Shown piece by piece: positions 38,171-52,299 of a stretch of 64,000 nt of DNA. The translations under genes and the position numbers were made by a program. The notes under the pieces were generated by a model that saw only the letters and a list, made by a program, of their open reading frames with translations, was not told where the DNA came from and did no database searches. Positions within the stretch are counted from its first letter, which is position 1; every line of letters starts with the position of its first letter. Where the stretch lies: contig JBHGNT010000020.1 in assembly GCA_043228905.1 (NCBI GenBank), positions 13,020,001 to 13,084,000 on the forward strand, written 5' to 3'. The DNA is from Azolla caroliniana. Taxonomy: Eukaryota; Plantae; Polypodiophyta.

Positions 38171-38682
38171 ACAGTATAAATCTTGAAAGCTTCCATATCA
38201 AGAATAGATATTTGAAGATTTCTTTCTGTCAAGATCCCTATCTCGATCGAGAAGAGAAGAGAATATAGTATTGAAGCTTTTGTCTCTTTGAAGAATTTTC
38301 TAGGATTTCAATCAAGAAAACTAAAGATTTGAACTTCTTCTTTGTCAGAAAATATTGTTCTTATCAATCAGGGTAGAGAGAAAGAGGGACAGAGATTCGG
38401 AGCTTTCTCTGAGAATATATACATACACATATATTGTCGTTTTTGGACAAAGGAGAAACAGGTGTTTGAAACTTTCTTCGAAAAATTCTTTCTATATTTC
38501 GAAATTAATGAGAGGAGAGAGAAATTGTCTTTTTTGGGAAGAATTTCTTCATTTCTCGAGCTCAAGGAGGAGGGAGATTGTGTTTTCTGTGAGGATTTTA
38601 TCACTCCTCTAGAGAGAGACCTGAGGAGTTCTGGATACTTTTGCGTCTGCTAAAGTCTTTTCTTTTCTCTGTGAAGGGGTAA
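37455..38682 (+). promoter_or_regulatory. Putative CIPK core promoter and long microsatellite-rich 5' leader
   Basis: TATA-like boxes at ~37457 and ~37539; (CTT)n, (CAT)n and (GA)n tracts; further upstream (CT)n tracts (36592-36646, 37371-37398) and a CACGTG at ~36434. TSS not known. Confidence 0.45.
37642..37905. repeat. (CTT)n and (CAT)n microsatellites
   Basis: Read directly: (CTT)n ~37656-37684, (CAT)n ~37787-37850, followed by mixed CAT/CTT. Confidence 0.95.
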
Positions 38683-41600
38683 ATGACTTCTGTTTCATCG
38701 CCAAAGTTAACCAAGACAAGCGGAGGGAGTGGTAATGGTATATTTACTCATGTTGGGAACTATGAACTGGGGCGAACCCTTGGCGAAGGAACGTTTGCAA
38801 AGGTTAAGTTTGCTAAAAGCAAAGTGACTGGTGAAAGCGTTGCCATCAAGATCATCAAGAAAGATAAACTCCTCAAGCACAAGATGGTTGAACAGGTCAG
38901 AGTTCTGGAAACATGGGTCAGATATGTTTCTTGTTTTATTCTTCCTTTCTGTAATTTTTGTTAGCGATTCAGTCATTTTTCTGCATTACTCAATGAATTA
39001 AGCTACATACAGCTTTTTCATACCTTTATTCAAATTTGAATGCAAATCATAAGATTTAGAAACTTTTCTCTTTGTGATGTTGTTATTAACGATTTGATCG
39101 TACCTCTGAAATTCTGTGCTCAATTCCTTTTTCTACCATGGGAGGGTACTAGGGATATTATTATCAAGGTATACATAGGCGTATACAAAGATATAATGAC
39201 ACATCTGAGTTCCACTCATACTTTCGTGTTGATACACGACGGATATATGCATACACATATATGATTTCTAATATATAACCTAGAAATCGTCTCTTTAAGT
39301 AATTTTGAGGTTAGTATATATGAGGGTTACATCCAACGTATTTAGGAGTTCACACATCAACAGATTGAGGGGTTTCTTGTGGTTGATGGATGCACATGAC
39401 GTCTAGTCCATCGTCAATGCTTGACTCCCTTATCTCTTAAAATTTGATTGGAGATTTCTTCTGTCTATGTAGTTATGTGAGTAAATAACATTAGAATGAA
39501 CACAAGATTCAGTGGAAGTGAAGAAAGTAGCACTCAATAATAGAGTGAAGGGTATACCTCATTTCTATGCAATTGGATGAAGGATGAAGTTTTTTTTCCT
39601 TTGTGGAGCCTAGTAACATGACTAGTGGGGCCCAAAAAAGCATATTACGAGAAAGAAATCTAATCTATTACGGAATAACTTTTTGTCCAAAAGTATATGT
39701 ATTTATTTGAGAAGGCTCATCATCTAATTGATTATCTAATGTCATGAATATGGAATGGCTCCTTGACTACGTAAATAGATATAAATTGAAAAATCTCAAC
39801 ACCTGATTGATAATTTAATGCCATGAGTATGGAACTACTTTTTGGATAAGCATATAGGTATAAATTGAGTGAGCTCAACACCTCAATAATGGTCTAATCT
39901 CATGAACATTGATTTAATTTTTAACCAACAACAGGGATATATATTGCTAAAGTTAAAGATCTAATTGATTATCTAATATCATGAATAGGGAGCTAATTCT
40001 TGACCAAGCAGATATAAATTTAGAAAATTAAAGATCCAATTGATTGTCTAATCTCATCAACAGGGATATAAATTGCTAAAGTTAAAAATCTAATTGATTA
40101 TCTAATCTCATGAATAGGGAGAAAATTCTCGACCAAGCAGATATAAATTGAGAAAGTTAAAGATTTAATAGATTATCTAATTTCCTGAACAGAGAGCTAA
40201 GTCTTGACCAATCATAGGAATATAAATTGAGAGAATTAAAGATTTAATTTTTTATCTAAACTTATAAACAGGGTATTACTTTCTGGGCCAAGCATAGAGC
40301 TGTTATTTGAGAAAGTTAGGAACTCCTTTTTCAATAGCCTATGACTAATAGCATACTTTTTTTTATGAATTTCCCCCTTCAAGATATTTAGACCTGCCTG
40401 TGGCCAATTTATATATTCATTGGAAATGATAAGAATGTTTAAGCTAACTTAGCGGTAAATTTCGGCAGATTAAACGAGAAATTTCAACCATGAAGCTTAT
40501 AAAGCATCCAAATGTTGTTCAAATATATGAGGTATGAGGAATATCCTCAATTCTCTCTCATATTCCATATTATATCTATAGTTTTTTCATCTTCATGGTG
40601 ATTTGGCTTATGTGCATTTGCTTGCTTTGATAGGTTATGGCTAGTAAGACCAAAATTTATATAGTTCTAGAATTTGTCACAGGAGGCGAGCTATTCGATA
40701 AAATTGTATGTCCTTCTCGCTGTTATTCATTTTTTGTAATTTGACCTGAGATTTGGAAAATGATTTTCTCCAGTTAGAATTCATTTTCCGTTAACTCCTT
40801 TATGAAGAAGACTTTGTGTCTTCTCTAGGTTCATCGATCAAAACTCAAAGAAGATGAAGCTAGGAGGTATTTTCAACAACTTATAAATGCTGTGGACTAT
40901 TGTCATAGTCGAGGAGTCTTTCACAGAGACCTTAAGGTGCTTACCCGTTTATTGGATTTTATCTAGAATCATTTCAAGTCTTTTATCGATATATTCACTA
41001 TGATGTTTTGCAGCCTGAAAATTTGCTTCTCGATTCACAAGGAAATCTCAAAATATCAGACTTTGGATTAAGTGCTCTACCACAACAAATCCGGGTAAGG
41101 AGTAATTTCATGACATGCATTCACCAAGCAACAAAGGTTTGGAATTTGAGTGAAAAGTGCACTGTCAATATGTGTTTTAATAAAGAATATCCATGTAGCA
41201 TAATTCATTTAGAGAAATTGACAATTTGAGTGTTAATGTACACTGAACAAAAATGTTTAGTGAAAAGAGAAAATGTGCATCAAGAAAAAATGTGCATGAG
41301 CATGTATTTTCATGCAGTTGAGGACAGCAATTAACATTAATGATTTTATGGGATGAAAGTTAGAATATGAATCAAGTGTTACATAAATATGTTAGCATGA
41401 ACATGTATTTTCATTGAGATAAGGAAAGAAATTAACACAATGATCTTATGGGATGAATCAGATCATTTACCATAAACTCAACATAGTTATCAAACAACAT
41501 CATGTAGCCAAATCAACTAAATTCAGTGTTATGTTATTTTCAGGAAGATGGTCTCCTGCACACCACATGTGGTACACCAAATTATGTGGCTCCTGAGGTA

Positions 41601-43780
41601 ATTAGAATAAAATATGTAGATATATATCTTTGATTTAAAGAAATTTTAATTCAGTTTTATCTTCCAGGTTATAAATGACAAAGGCTACAATGGGGCAACT
41701 GCGGATTTGTGGTCTTGTGGCGTTATTTTATATGTGTTAATGGCTGGCTACTTACCGTTTGATGAAGAGAATCTTATGGCCTTATATAAAAAGGTGTGTC
41801 ACCATTTTCTGCTCCTTTATGTAACATTTATACTGGGGTTTAATTTGTTGCTTGATTTTTTTTTGGATTGGCACAGATTCATAAGGCAGATTTTACATGC
41901 CCAAAATGGTTCTCAGCAGGAGCACAGCAATTGATATGCAGAATACTGGACCCCAATCCAAAAACTGTAAGCTGATGTTTTATAAGTATGGCTGTTTGTG
42001 GCTCTTTACATTCCATGCCTATACACTCATCTTTCTGGACTACTGATTTTTTCCAGCGAATTACTATACCTGAGATTCTACAGAATTCATGGTTCAAGAA
42101 GGGCTACTCACCTCCTAAATTCATTGAAGAGGAAGATGTTACTTTGGAGGATATTGATGCTGTCTTTAACAACTCCTCTGTAGGGTTTATATTTCCTGTT
42201 ATCACTTAACTTTTTGTCTGTTTGTGTTTGGTTCCTATTGAAATTGTACTTCTATTATTTTATAGGAACACCTAGTTGTTGAAGAAAAAGAGACCACTCC
42301 TGTGTCGATGAACGCATTTGACTTAATTTCTTTGTCACAAGGGCTGAATCTGTCTACACTATTTGAGAAACAAAAGGTAACCATCTGTTTTCAAAGTTTC
42401 TGCTTCTGTAAGTTATTATTGATGAGAACTTCAGCGCTGAATATCTTCATGTGGATGATTTTTTATCATAGGGCTTAGTAAATCGAGAGACTAGATTTAC
42501 ATCGAAGCATCCTCCTAAGGAGATTGTGGCAAAGATTGAAGAAGCAGCCAAGCCTTTGGGCTTCAATGTCCAGAAAAAGGATTACAAGGTAGAAATGCCA
42601 TGTTATTGTCTTGATACTACGTCTACTACTCATTTCTCAAGTTTTAATATTTCTTAATAATTTCACTCTAATATGTTTGAGGCAATATTTAATCTCAAGT
42701 TCTGGAATCGGAGTTTTCTTGGAGTGGGGTGAATCTGCTTGTGAGGAATGCCATCACTGGAAACCTTGGTCAGCATTGGAATTGATATTCCTTATGTTAA
42801 GACACCATGAACTGACATTTCGAAAGTTGAGATTATGAAATTAAATAACATTGCTTCGTCCATAACCCTCTAAAGAAGGGGAACGAAATTAGCGCTCATA
42901 TGTTTTTCAAGATGAGGCAATAATAAAATATAAATCCCAGCACAAGTAACAAAACAAGGCTGGCACAACTTGCATTCAATATCGTTTAGTACCCAGTCTA
43001 AAACTTTTTCGGCAACTTGTATAGTTCTCTTTTATGCTTTGTCTAGATTATTTCCATGCCTTTGTATAGATCTTTTGTAATATTTGGTTTCATGCCCTAT
43101 AATCTAAACGCAAGGTAAATAAATTATTGACCTTTTAGCCAGATTGTGTAGTTCTCTTTTATGCTTTTCTGGACTGTTTACTTATTTAAGTATTTCCATT
43201 CCTTCAGATATTTCATTCCCCTGAACCATGAGAATGCATAAATATAAATAACCAATTGTTTCACAATTCAAAAATGGAAATATTTGATATTTTCAGTTAC
43301 ATTTAAATGTTTAATAATGCAGATGAAGTTGAAGGGTGAGAAAACAGGAAGGAAAGGCCATCTTTCTGTGGCAACAGAGGTATAATCTCAGTGACACTAT
43401 ATATAGAAGTGCACGCACATTTATCTGTGTATATATCATATGCTAGAAGATAAAGGCATATGCATATATATTTTATCCTAGAAGAGAAAGCCTCATTTTT
43501 ATTTTTGATAAAAATGATATAGGTATTTCAAGTAGCCCCTGCTCTATTTATGGTTGAAGTGCGGAAATCTGGTGGAGACTCTCTCGAATATCACACGGTT
43601 TTTTTTCTTGTTCTCTTTGATTTATAGTCTTAAAATATTTCACCTTTTCATATGGACACTTTTACTCTAAAATAATGAATTCCTATGTTTTCTACTGGGG
43701 TGCAGTTTTACAAAAAATTGTCCACCGGGATCAAGGACATCGTATGGAAATCTGAGGGCCAATGTGATGACCAAAGATGA
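38683..43780 (+). CDS. CIPK: CBL-interacting serine/threonine protein kinase (SnRK3/CIPK, intron-rich clade, CIPK23/CIPK3-like), 454 aa, 14 exons
   Basis: Exons 38683-38895, 40469-40531, 40634-40705, 40829-40936, 41014-41094, 41544-41597, 41668-41793, 41877-41966, 42057-42179, 42266-42376, 42472-42588, 43323-43379, 43523-43597, 43706-43780. All introns GT-AG and phase 0; 1365 nt open. Motifs [38 protein letters not shown] domain ([10 protein letters not shown]), ETRFTS, C-terminal DIVWK. Confidence 0.96.
39650..40320. repeat. Degenerate ~75-79-bp minisatellite (about 8-9 units) in CIPK intron 1
   Basis: Recurring taattgattatctaat.tcatgaa...tgaccaagca...tataaattgagaaagttaaagat. Confidence 0.85.
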
Positions 43781-46700
43781 TGTTAGTGTCCTGGTTATGC
43801 CAGGTGCAACTTGCAGATGATATTCATTGCACAACATGCAATTTAGGGTTTCAACATAATGCCAACATGTGAAGTAATCAAAAGTAATTTCCTTACTTCC
43901 GTTTTGTTCATAACCACCATCAATGATCAATGATGGTTGTGTTTGCTAAGAGTCTCTTACTTGTGAATATAGGAAAAGGTATTTATTCTACCTGCTCAAT
44001 CTATAATTTAAAACCAAGATTAATAAAATCAATTGTATTCTTTTTTGTAGATCTATGAGTTTGTTGAGTTGATATGGAATTCTTTTTGTAGATTGACCTA
44101 AATTTTATAGAATTTGATATGGAAATGAATTCCAAATCAATTAGCAAATTAACTGAGATTTGTTATTGTAGATCTTCCTTTTATATAATATCTGAAATCT
44201 TTAGTTATTGAATACATGACTGAATCTCCTTAAATATTATAAAGAGAAGTTGCTTCATCTCAGAGAAGACATGTTTTGCTAAGAACCAATGTGTTAAGTT
44301 TCTACTGTTCTTCTATGGGAAAAGATAATGGATAATACTGTTCTATACATCATTTTCTTACTTTATTCGACTTATTGGTAATAGATCATATTGTTTGTTT
44401 TAGAATTCACCATACATCTAGCAAGTCAATATTTTGCAAATATCTGTAGGAAGACCTGAAACTGTGGACAACTTCATGCACCTCTTGTTTCCTCTAGTTT
44501 CCATGCATTTATTACCGTGGTACTCGTATGAGTATGGTCCATCTTGTCTGACCAGGAATTTAAGGTTGACCAGTTAGTGTGAACACGAATTCTAAGCAAT
44601 TACTCTTTGTTAATGAGAATATATAGAAAGATTTTTGAATCCATTATCTCTTCTTCCACCTTATGTATACCTAATCTATGTGGGTTTGTTAGCGAAGACG
44701 AGTGGCAACCATGTACATGGGAACTACAAATGCCTATAACATTGAGAATATGAGATAAAAGAAGAGTCTTCATGAATTTGCTTTAGATGCTGACTCTTTT
44801 TATCCCATTTGTGGTTTGACTCTTGTTTGCATCGTAACTCAATAACGAACACATATTAAACTCGGAGCGCATCTTTTGTACAAGCCACTTGGCTACCAAT
44901 ATCTATGCAAGTATCTCCCTCATACGAACATTGAATCATGTCATATAAACCCATAAAAAACTTGGAACACATCTTTTATACAAGCCACTTTGTTACCAAT
45001 ATCTATGCAAATGTCATTGGAAGGTGTGTAGCATCTTGGCTCAAAATTTCAAGTCATCTTTTAACATCTAAAACATGTTATGTTTATTTCCCTATTTTTT
45101 AATACATTATGAGGTGTTAATGTAATGCATTTAAATAGAACATTTTAGGTATTTGTTAAATAAAAGGTTTTAAATCAATTGTAAATAACAAATAAATTGA
45201 TATAGCAATAACGTTAAGCATATAGCATCATATAATTCATCACAATACACTCTCACACGTTCTAGCCATTGATAGGGTAGCATGTTTATGACACAATGAT
45301 TGACCTTCTAGAGCTTTTGGAGTAGTGGTAGGTTAGGGGAATAATATTGAATTATTTAAGAGGTTTTTATTGTTTTGATTAATAAAGATGAAGGCCTTCT
45401 GCATCAGTAAAGATGGCTACAAACAGTAGATGGTAAGTTGATCTTAAATGGTTTCCAGATCTTTCAGAATATGTTCTTTCTTTGTTGCTAACTATCGAAT
45501 TTGTGGTTTTCTAGTTGATACCCAATAAAGTATGGTTTGGAAAAAATGTCAATTACCACTTGCATGCATCACCAACACCTCTACTCTTTTAGAGAGGCAC
45601 TTTATTGATGCTTCAACACCACTTACATCTGTACTATGTATCTTGATCATATAACTAGACATATAGTCCTCAAATTGCTCCCACCCTTTAAAGAGAGGTT
45701 TTCATTCCTCTAATAAAATCAAGGAATTGAATGATAAAGAATGTATCGTGTGCCTCCAATTTGAAACCTACTTGTGTAGGATGAAATATATACATATACA
45801 TAAGCTTTATGAAGATGAGGAGTGGGAAGAGGGATTAACACAAGCATTTGGATTTACAAATGCACTTTTCATTTGAGTTTCTTAGTTACTAGATCATTGT
45901 CTATGTTGTATTTTTGCACCCATGGACCATGGTGATTACTAGCTTGTGTCTTCAGCTCTTTTTTTTCTTTGCTTCTTTCAACACATTCCCATCTCCATTC
46001 TGATATTCATTCATAGGACATACCTCCATTCGCAACACTCGAAACATTGTCAAACTTGGTAATGTAAAATGCATAGCAAAAACTTCATCCAGTCTACAAA
46101 AGAACATAACTTCTTCATACAACATGCCTATAGATCTATGATGAACAAGAGCCAATATGTACATTATAAGCTTCAACTAGACACACACATCCATCCGATT
46201 AAGCTTAATATCGTTAGTCCATTGGGTAAGAATACCACAACGATTAGTTTGATAGAGTCAAGTGAGAATGAATTTGACAAGGTTGGGAAATGACATGTTT
46301 CACAACGAGTATTCACCATTTGTCATTTGTTAAAGTAAATGAAACAAAAGTCGAGTGAAGAGTATTGGAACAAAAGTAAATGTTAAATACCGAGAACGTA
46401 TTAACTCAAATTTATTTGCAGGTATTTGTACGCTCGAAAAGCCAAAATGTATTTAGTGCTCTATATTAATCTTCTATAGACGTGCAACACAACACGAATA
46501 GGAAGGGCTTCTAAAAACTTTTTCAATTTTGATTAAAAGTTGTGTTCATACTAACAAAGAACGCAATTCGGAGTTAACAAATATTAAAAAGAGATCAAGT
46601 TATTTAATATTCAAATTTGCTAATATCTTGATATACACTATGTAACTCGGCTAGAAAGCTTAAACTCCATCAACTTAGGGCAATTAATTTCATGGCATTA

Positions 46701-47898
46701 AGAGTTACTCACAATTGGAAACACACAAGATGAGCACGAAAACCCTTGTGGGTGATAATGATCAAGAAGATAAGAAAGTAGATCGGAATATGAAGACAAC
46801 ATTCTAAACCCAAAATCTCCAATAGTCAAATTGTCTACTCTAATAAAACCAAATATGACTAAAATGGGATTCCCTATCTAGGAAAGGGTTAAAGGAGATG
46901 TCTAACATGTTGGTATTGGCATATCCATGTATATGGATGTGCATTGAATTACATTTTCAATGTATCAATTTTCAATGCATATCAACATGATTATCAAGTT
47001 GGTCTAATAACGTAATTACATCCACAAATCCACTACTAATACGTTGATTAAGTTGGTCCAATAAAGTGGTCCACATCTAAAATCATATATTTTAATCTTC
47101 AGTACCAAAGATTGATGATCAAGGATTGTCAAAAGTCTTACAGGACAATTACAATGTGTGAATCTAACATAGGTTGTCAAGAAGAACCTAGTGTAACCAC
47201 TTGCAAAAAAGGGAGTACATAAAAAAGGAAAAATCTAGCATTCTAATAATAGCATTAATTGTGAAATTTTGTCACATTTGCATTTGCACTTGCATACATA
47301 TGGATTGAATGAATGTTGACAAATTAATTTCTGACACCCTAACTTTGGCAACATTTACCTCTTTAAGCGCACTTATGGAAGTGCCCTTGGACTTTGGTGG
47401 TTGGTTAGTGACAGAAATGACACATCCTAAAACAGGGATTGGATTACGTGTATTACTATCAATGGCGTCCATGCACAAAGAGGAAAGTTAAGCTACACAC
47501 ATATATAATGAGCTTTACGTATGAATGTTATAAATGTACATTGAAGACACGACTCTTTTTAAAAGATTATTTATGCCTATGGGTTTTGAATACCGGGTAA
47601 AATAACACTAAAAATGTAATTGTATAAGGTCTCCAATGTGTACAACTTGTGGGGGTACATTCATGATCATTTCATTTAAGTGGTGCAATCTCATGATTAC
47701 TACTAAAAAATGGAGGACAATTTAGTCATTAAAAAAAAATTAGATTCACAATCTATCTATTACTTTATCTAATGGTTACAATTTTATGTTACTTTTATTA
47801 CTACTCTAACATAAGAGAAGTTAGTCATTAAGGATTATGTTAAAAACTAAAAAATAAAAAAGATTCAAATTTACCGATTGATTTATCTCATCGTGACA

Positions 47899-48580
47899 AT
47901 TTTTTTTCTTTTACAAAAAAAACACTACTTCGCATTAGTTAGCAAAAAGAATACAACAAAGTTTACCCGAATCCTCCGTGGGATCAACATATACAAGTCA
48001 GAGGAACAACTCCAAAACTATCAAAAACAAAAACGCACACGACCCTTAACTCACAACAAAACTGAAATAAACCCCATTTCACCCTGACTCTACTTCTCCC
48101 AACAAACTCTTTTATAACAAAGTTATCCAGGTAATGCAACTATGCTAACCCACTTGTGCTTCATGTATACATATATAATTACATCCCATGTATAATATTG
48201 GGAGCCATTGGCATAAACAACCACCTAGGGGCCTGATAATTCCACTTAGGCCTCGTCGAAGATTTGACTATCATGGGAAAACTACCCCATTTCAGCAAGA
48301 ACTTTGACTTTGTCCTTTCTACTTCATCTTATTCCCCTTGAATTGAGTCATATCGTCCACGCAACCAAGCCACAAGCTCAAGCCAAATATTTAACATCAC
48401 CTCCCCGCATGAGAGCTTTTGCTACTGAAAAACAAACTTACGGCGCATGGTCCGAATGTGCTAAACTGATAAGCACGCCACCATAAGCCAAATCTCCTCA
48501 AAAAATTCAGAATTTGTGCCAAGTCTCACCCCATCACATTGGAACACGCTACCATCCTGCACTATAAATCCATGTCCCTT
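47899..48580 (-). mobile_element. Decayed L1 LINE 3' fragment
   Basis: T-rich tail at ~47899 and a degenerate Trp-rich ORF2 C-terminus-like translation. Confidence 0.4.
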
Positions 48581-49294
48581 TTTCAATACTTTTTCAGTGA
48601 TAATACAAAACACATTGATACCAGTATCATACATTCTCAAATATACTATAAAAAAGGTTAAAAATCCACCATTTTCATGATTTAAAAATAAATAAAAAAG
48701 TGATTATACAAAGAAATGATTATTAAACTACAAGCTAGTTAAAGAAGCTTTAACCGCTTAACAGAATGGTAAACAACTCTCAAATAGGAAAGATTGATAA
48801 TTAATCAACCATTTTTACAAAGGTTTAAGCTTTTAAGATTTATAGAAGAAAGCTCAAGCATTGAATATAGAATGTGAAGAATGAGAAGAAGACAATGTGA
48901 AGAGTCAAAAATTTATACTTCTCTTACAAAAGACATTTAGCCCAAGCCCATCTTAGACTTGTATTGGACACAAGATCCTTACACTTCAATCTTAAGCATT
49001 ATTAGGTAGTACTCTCTAACCCTGAACTTGTACCAATGCCATTGAGAAAGCATGGGGAGTGCAATGTCCAACAAGTACGGCAACCGAATGTTTGTGCACT
49101 ACATGTTTCATCTTAAGGGGCATAGTTTATTAGGTCAAGGGTTGTAGACTACAAAAAGGGGAGATAGATAGGGAATGTGTTGTGAGAGAAAGGTCAAGGT
49201 GAATATCATGTGAGGTGTTGACTAAAAGAAGGATCTATAACATATCATTGGTGAGTGGAAGGGAGGGGGAAGGGAGGGGGATTTTGGTGGTGGT

Positions 49295-49751
49295 TGTTAC
49301 GGGCATGACCATAGAATATCTCGTGGTGAGAATTTACCGTAGTATTCTATACACGTGGATAAGTGTGAGGGTTAAACGAGAGTGTAAAGAAGGGGAGGAT
49401 TACTTTTAATCCTCGGGATTGATACAACCCATTAGGCCAAGTGTGAACTTGCCTGGGGGCCTTGGGTATCGCTATAAATAAGATGCCTAGCTACCCTCAT
49501 TTCATCATCTTGTTGACTACGTCGAGACTCTGTCTTGTGGTGGGTCAACTCTTGTAGTGAGTGCGCTAGCACTAGGTACGACTCGACACCACGGCGATGG
49601 TATGGGACGCCGATCGAGGCTCGAGTCTGTCTCGATCCCTTCGCTCGGGGGTGGTCAAGTGGATCGGCCCCCTTCTTTCTCTCACTCCTTTCTATCTATT
49701 TATCTATATTCTATCCTTATCTAATGCTTACATTAGTTCATGTCTCTAATA
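49295..49751 (+). mobile_element. Solo LTR, second copy of the 10260 family
   Basis: TGTTACGGG...CTCTAATA, colinear with 10260-10725; TSD GTGGT (49290-49294 and 49752-49756). Confidence 0.87.
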
Positions 49752-50737
49752 GTGGTGGTTGTGGAGGGTTGTAGGTGAAGCAATTGAGGTGGGTCAAAAC
49801 GAGTTGGCATGCCAAGGATGATAGTATATGTAGGGAGGTGGCCAAGACAATGCATTAGGGGGTGAGTTTGTTGGAGACATTTGATCATTACATCTTGCAT
49901 TAGCAAGGTAACCTTAAAAAGCCTCCTTCATGTTTCCAAAGAACCAATAATTTGATATGTATTGGGTGAATATTGGAGGAGAGGTATGCCTGTAGTTTAG
50001 GGTTTTGACATCTCGTCTAGAGAATGATCTTTGTTGCTTGGTAGAGCCTTTTATTGAGGTCGCAAGTGAGGCCCCAACTAGGGTTACATTGATGAAAGTG
50101 TTAATATTGAAAGGAAGGCACCAATAAAAGAAGTTGGAACACCGTGAAATTTCTAATGGTTCCTTGGATTTCAAGGTTGAGTTGTTTGGATAGTCGTTGA
50201 CAAAGTTGGCCATCACTTTGAACATCCTACCTTCTGTTGGTTTATTGAAGCAAGATAAAATTTCTAAATGGTTCCTTGCATGTTGACCATGACTTTGAGC
50301 ATTCTAGATTTCCTTGGTTTATTGGAGCAAGTTGTGGGCAATGATAGATGTGAATGCAATGCTAAGTGTGTAAATGATCCAAGCGTGCGAACTTTCTAAG
50401 AATGACCACTATGAGATGTGGCCCTATCCATCCACAAGACTTCTGGTGAGCCTTGTGAGTGGTGTGGGGTGGTGAGGAAGAGAGGAACTTTCAATGCACA
50501 TGGCAAGTTGGATGTTGTGTGTGATAAATATGTAGTAGGTGTTGGAGTTTGACAACCTAAGTTTGACCTAATCCTTAAGACCTAAACGTTCTACAACCTA
50601 ACTACAAAAAAAAAGATCAACTATGATAATATTACAACAAAAACACAAAACTCCAAAGACACAATGAGACAATACACAAATTCATTCCATGATGCTAGAA
50701 ATGGGAACTTCACTATTCGCAATATTAGCTATAAGAT

Positions 50738-51922
50738 ACAACAATAGATTGCAATCTTATACCTTTAATTGCAGTTATACAGGACTTGCGAAGTGCACCA
50801 GTTAGAGTGGTTGCTAAACTGGAAAGAAATGGATCCTTGATCCTTATCCATCAGTTGCTCATATGTGTGATATCCTATGGCTATACACAAAAGATTTTGT
50901 TGCAAGATTAACATGGGATCTGGGGGGGTTGGCTTTGGTCATACTCCTTGGGGGAAAAGATCGTAAAGGTTCCCTTCTTTCAGTACTCAGTAAAACTTGG
51001 AAGATCATTACTGCTCTCTTAGAATGTAATGATACTAGCAGCCCAGAAACATTGGACCTATTGGGGTGTTTCCACTTTGCATTTGAGAACCTATTGGAAA
51101 TGGATATGGTCATTCAAGAGGCCAACTAAATTTATTCTCGTTCGATGGTTATTAGTGCATATGGCACTACCCGTTGGTCATTCATTGAAAGGGAATGTAG
51201 CACCCAATTTGCAGCAATGTGGCTTTTGCCATGAACCTCAGGAGACTACCAAGCATGTCCTATGCTCTTGCTCTTTTGCTCAACAAGTATGGAAGAAAGT
51301 CATGTCTTTATTCCTAACAATCAATGTAGGTTGCCTATTCTCATGGGGATCAGCGATGTGGGGAGTATTACATTCTGGCTTGATGTTGTATGAGGCAAAT
51401 GATGTCCATGAGGCAATGACAATACATAATAGAATATTGATATTAGTTAGTCCCTTCCAGCAACCTCGCAAGCAGGTGCGATCTGTCCAAATTTGGAAAA
51501 TTGTGACCACAATAACATTATGGGCATTATGGAAATATCGATGTAACCGACTTTATGATGGGGTAGACATCCATCTCTCAGATGTGTTGTTTGAGATATG
51601 GGAGAACTTGTTCACAGTAGTCCGTGACCAGTATGACAATATGCGGGGTTCCCCAGATACTGTGAACAAGAAAAGGAAAAAGCTTCTTCACTTATGGAAA
51701 AAGGCGCCCCTGTTTACAATGTCAACTCAAGAGCCTCAATGGCAATATCAACTTCCATGGACTCTTTCTTGAATATCAACAAATGTAAACATCCTTGTAT
51801 TTTACAGTATTGTATAGGAAAAGTTGTAACCTCCGTGGTAGCTAGGTTCAAGTTGTAGCCTTCGGGCGCTTTGTTCTTAATACTATTGAAGAAGATCTTT
51901 TAAAATATATATATATATATAT
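50738..51922 (+). mobile_element. 5'-truncated L1 LINE (zf-RVT C-terminus) with (TA)n tail
   Basis: ORF 51029-51772 (WKWIWS..CGFC..ETTKHVLCSC..WALWKYRC); 16-bp TSD ATATTAGCTATAAGAT at 50722-50737 and 51923-51938. Confidence 0.9.
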
Positions 51923-52299
51923 ATATTAGCTATAAGATTATGTTACAAGACTTCTCTCTTTACAATATGATCAAATCTAAGGAGTTCAACCCTCCCAAAA
52001 CCCTAACTTCCTCACATATATACTCGGGCATGAAGGGTACAAACTAGGTTGGCCCAATTGACATTTCCATCCAACAACAAATTTAGGGTTCTGAGAGGTG
52101 TTTCCAACTAGTTATCTATTTTCTCAAGTGACTTGGTGGTTAGTTCAACCAAAGTTGCCTCAAGAGGGGAAGTTGTAATTTTCTCTCAAGTTGACAAGAT
52201 GGAATAGTTATCTTGCTCTATTCTTCAAATATTACAATCTCGGTTGCCCATATGGACTATATTTACAACAATTTGATCATCTCAAGGTACATGAGGGAT

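Noticed and set aside
50540-52270. Possible LTR hosting the TA-tailed L1
   Set aside because: TGTTGG start and LTR-like composition, but no matching end, TSD or second copy found.
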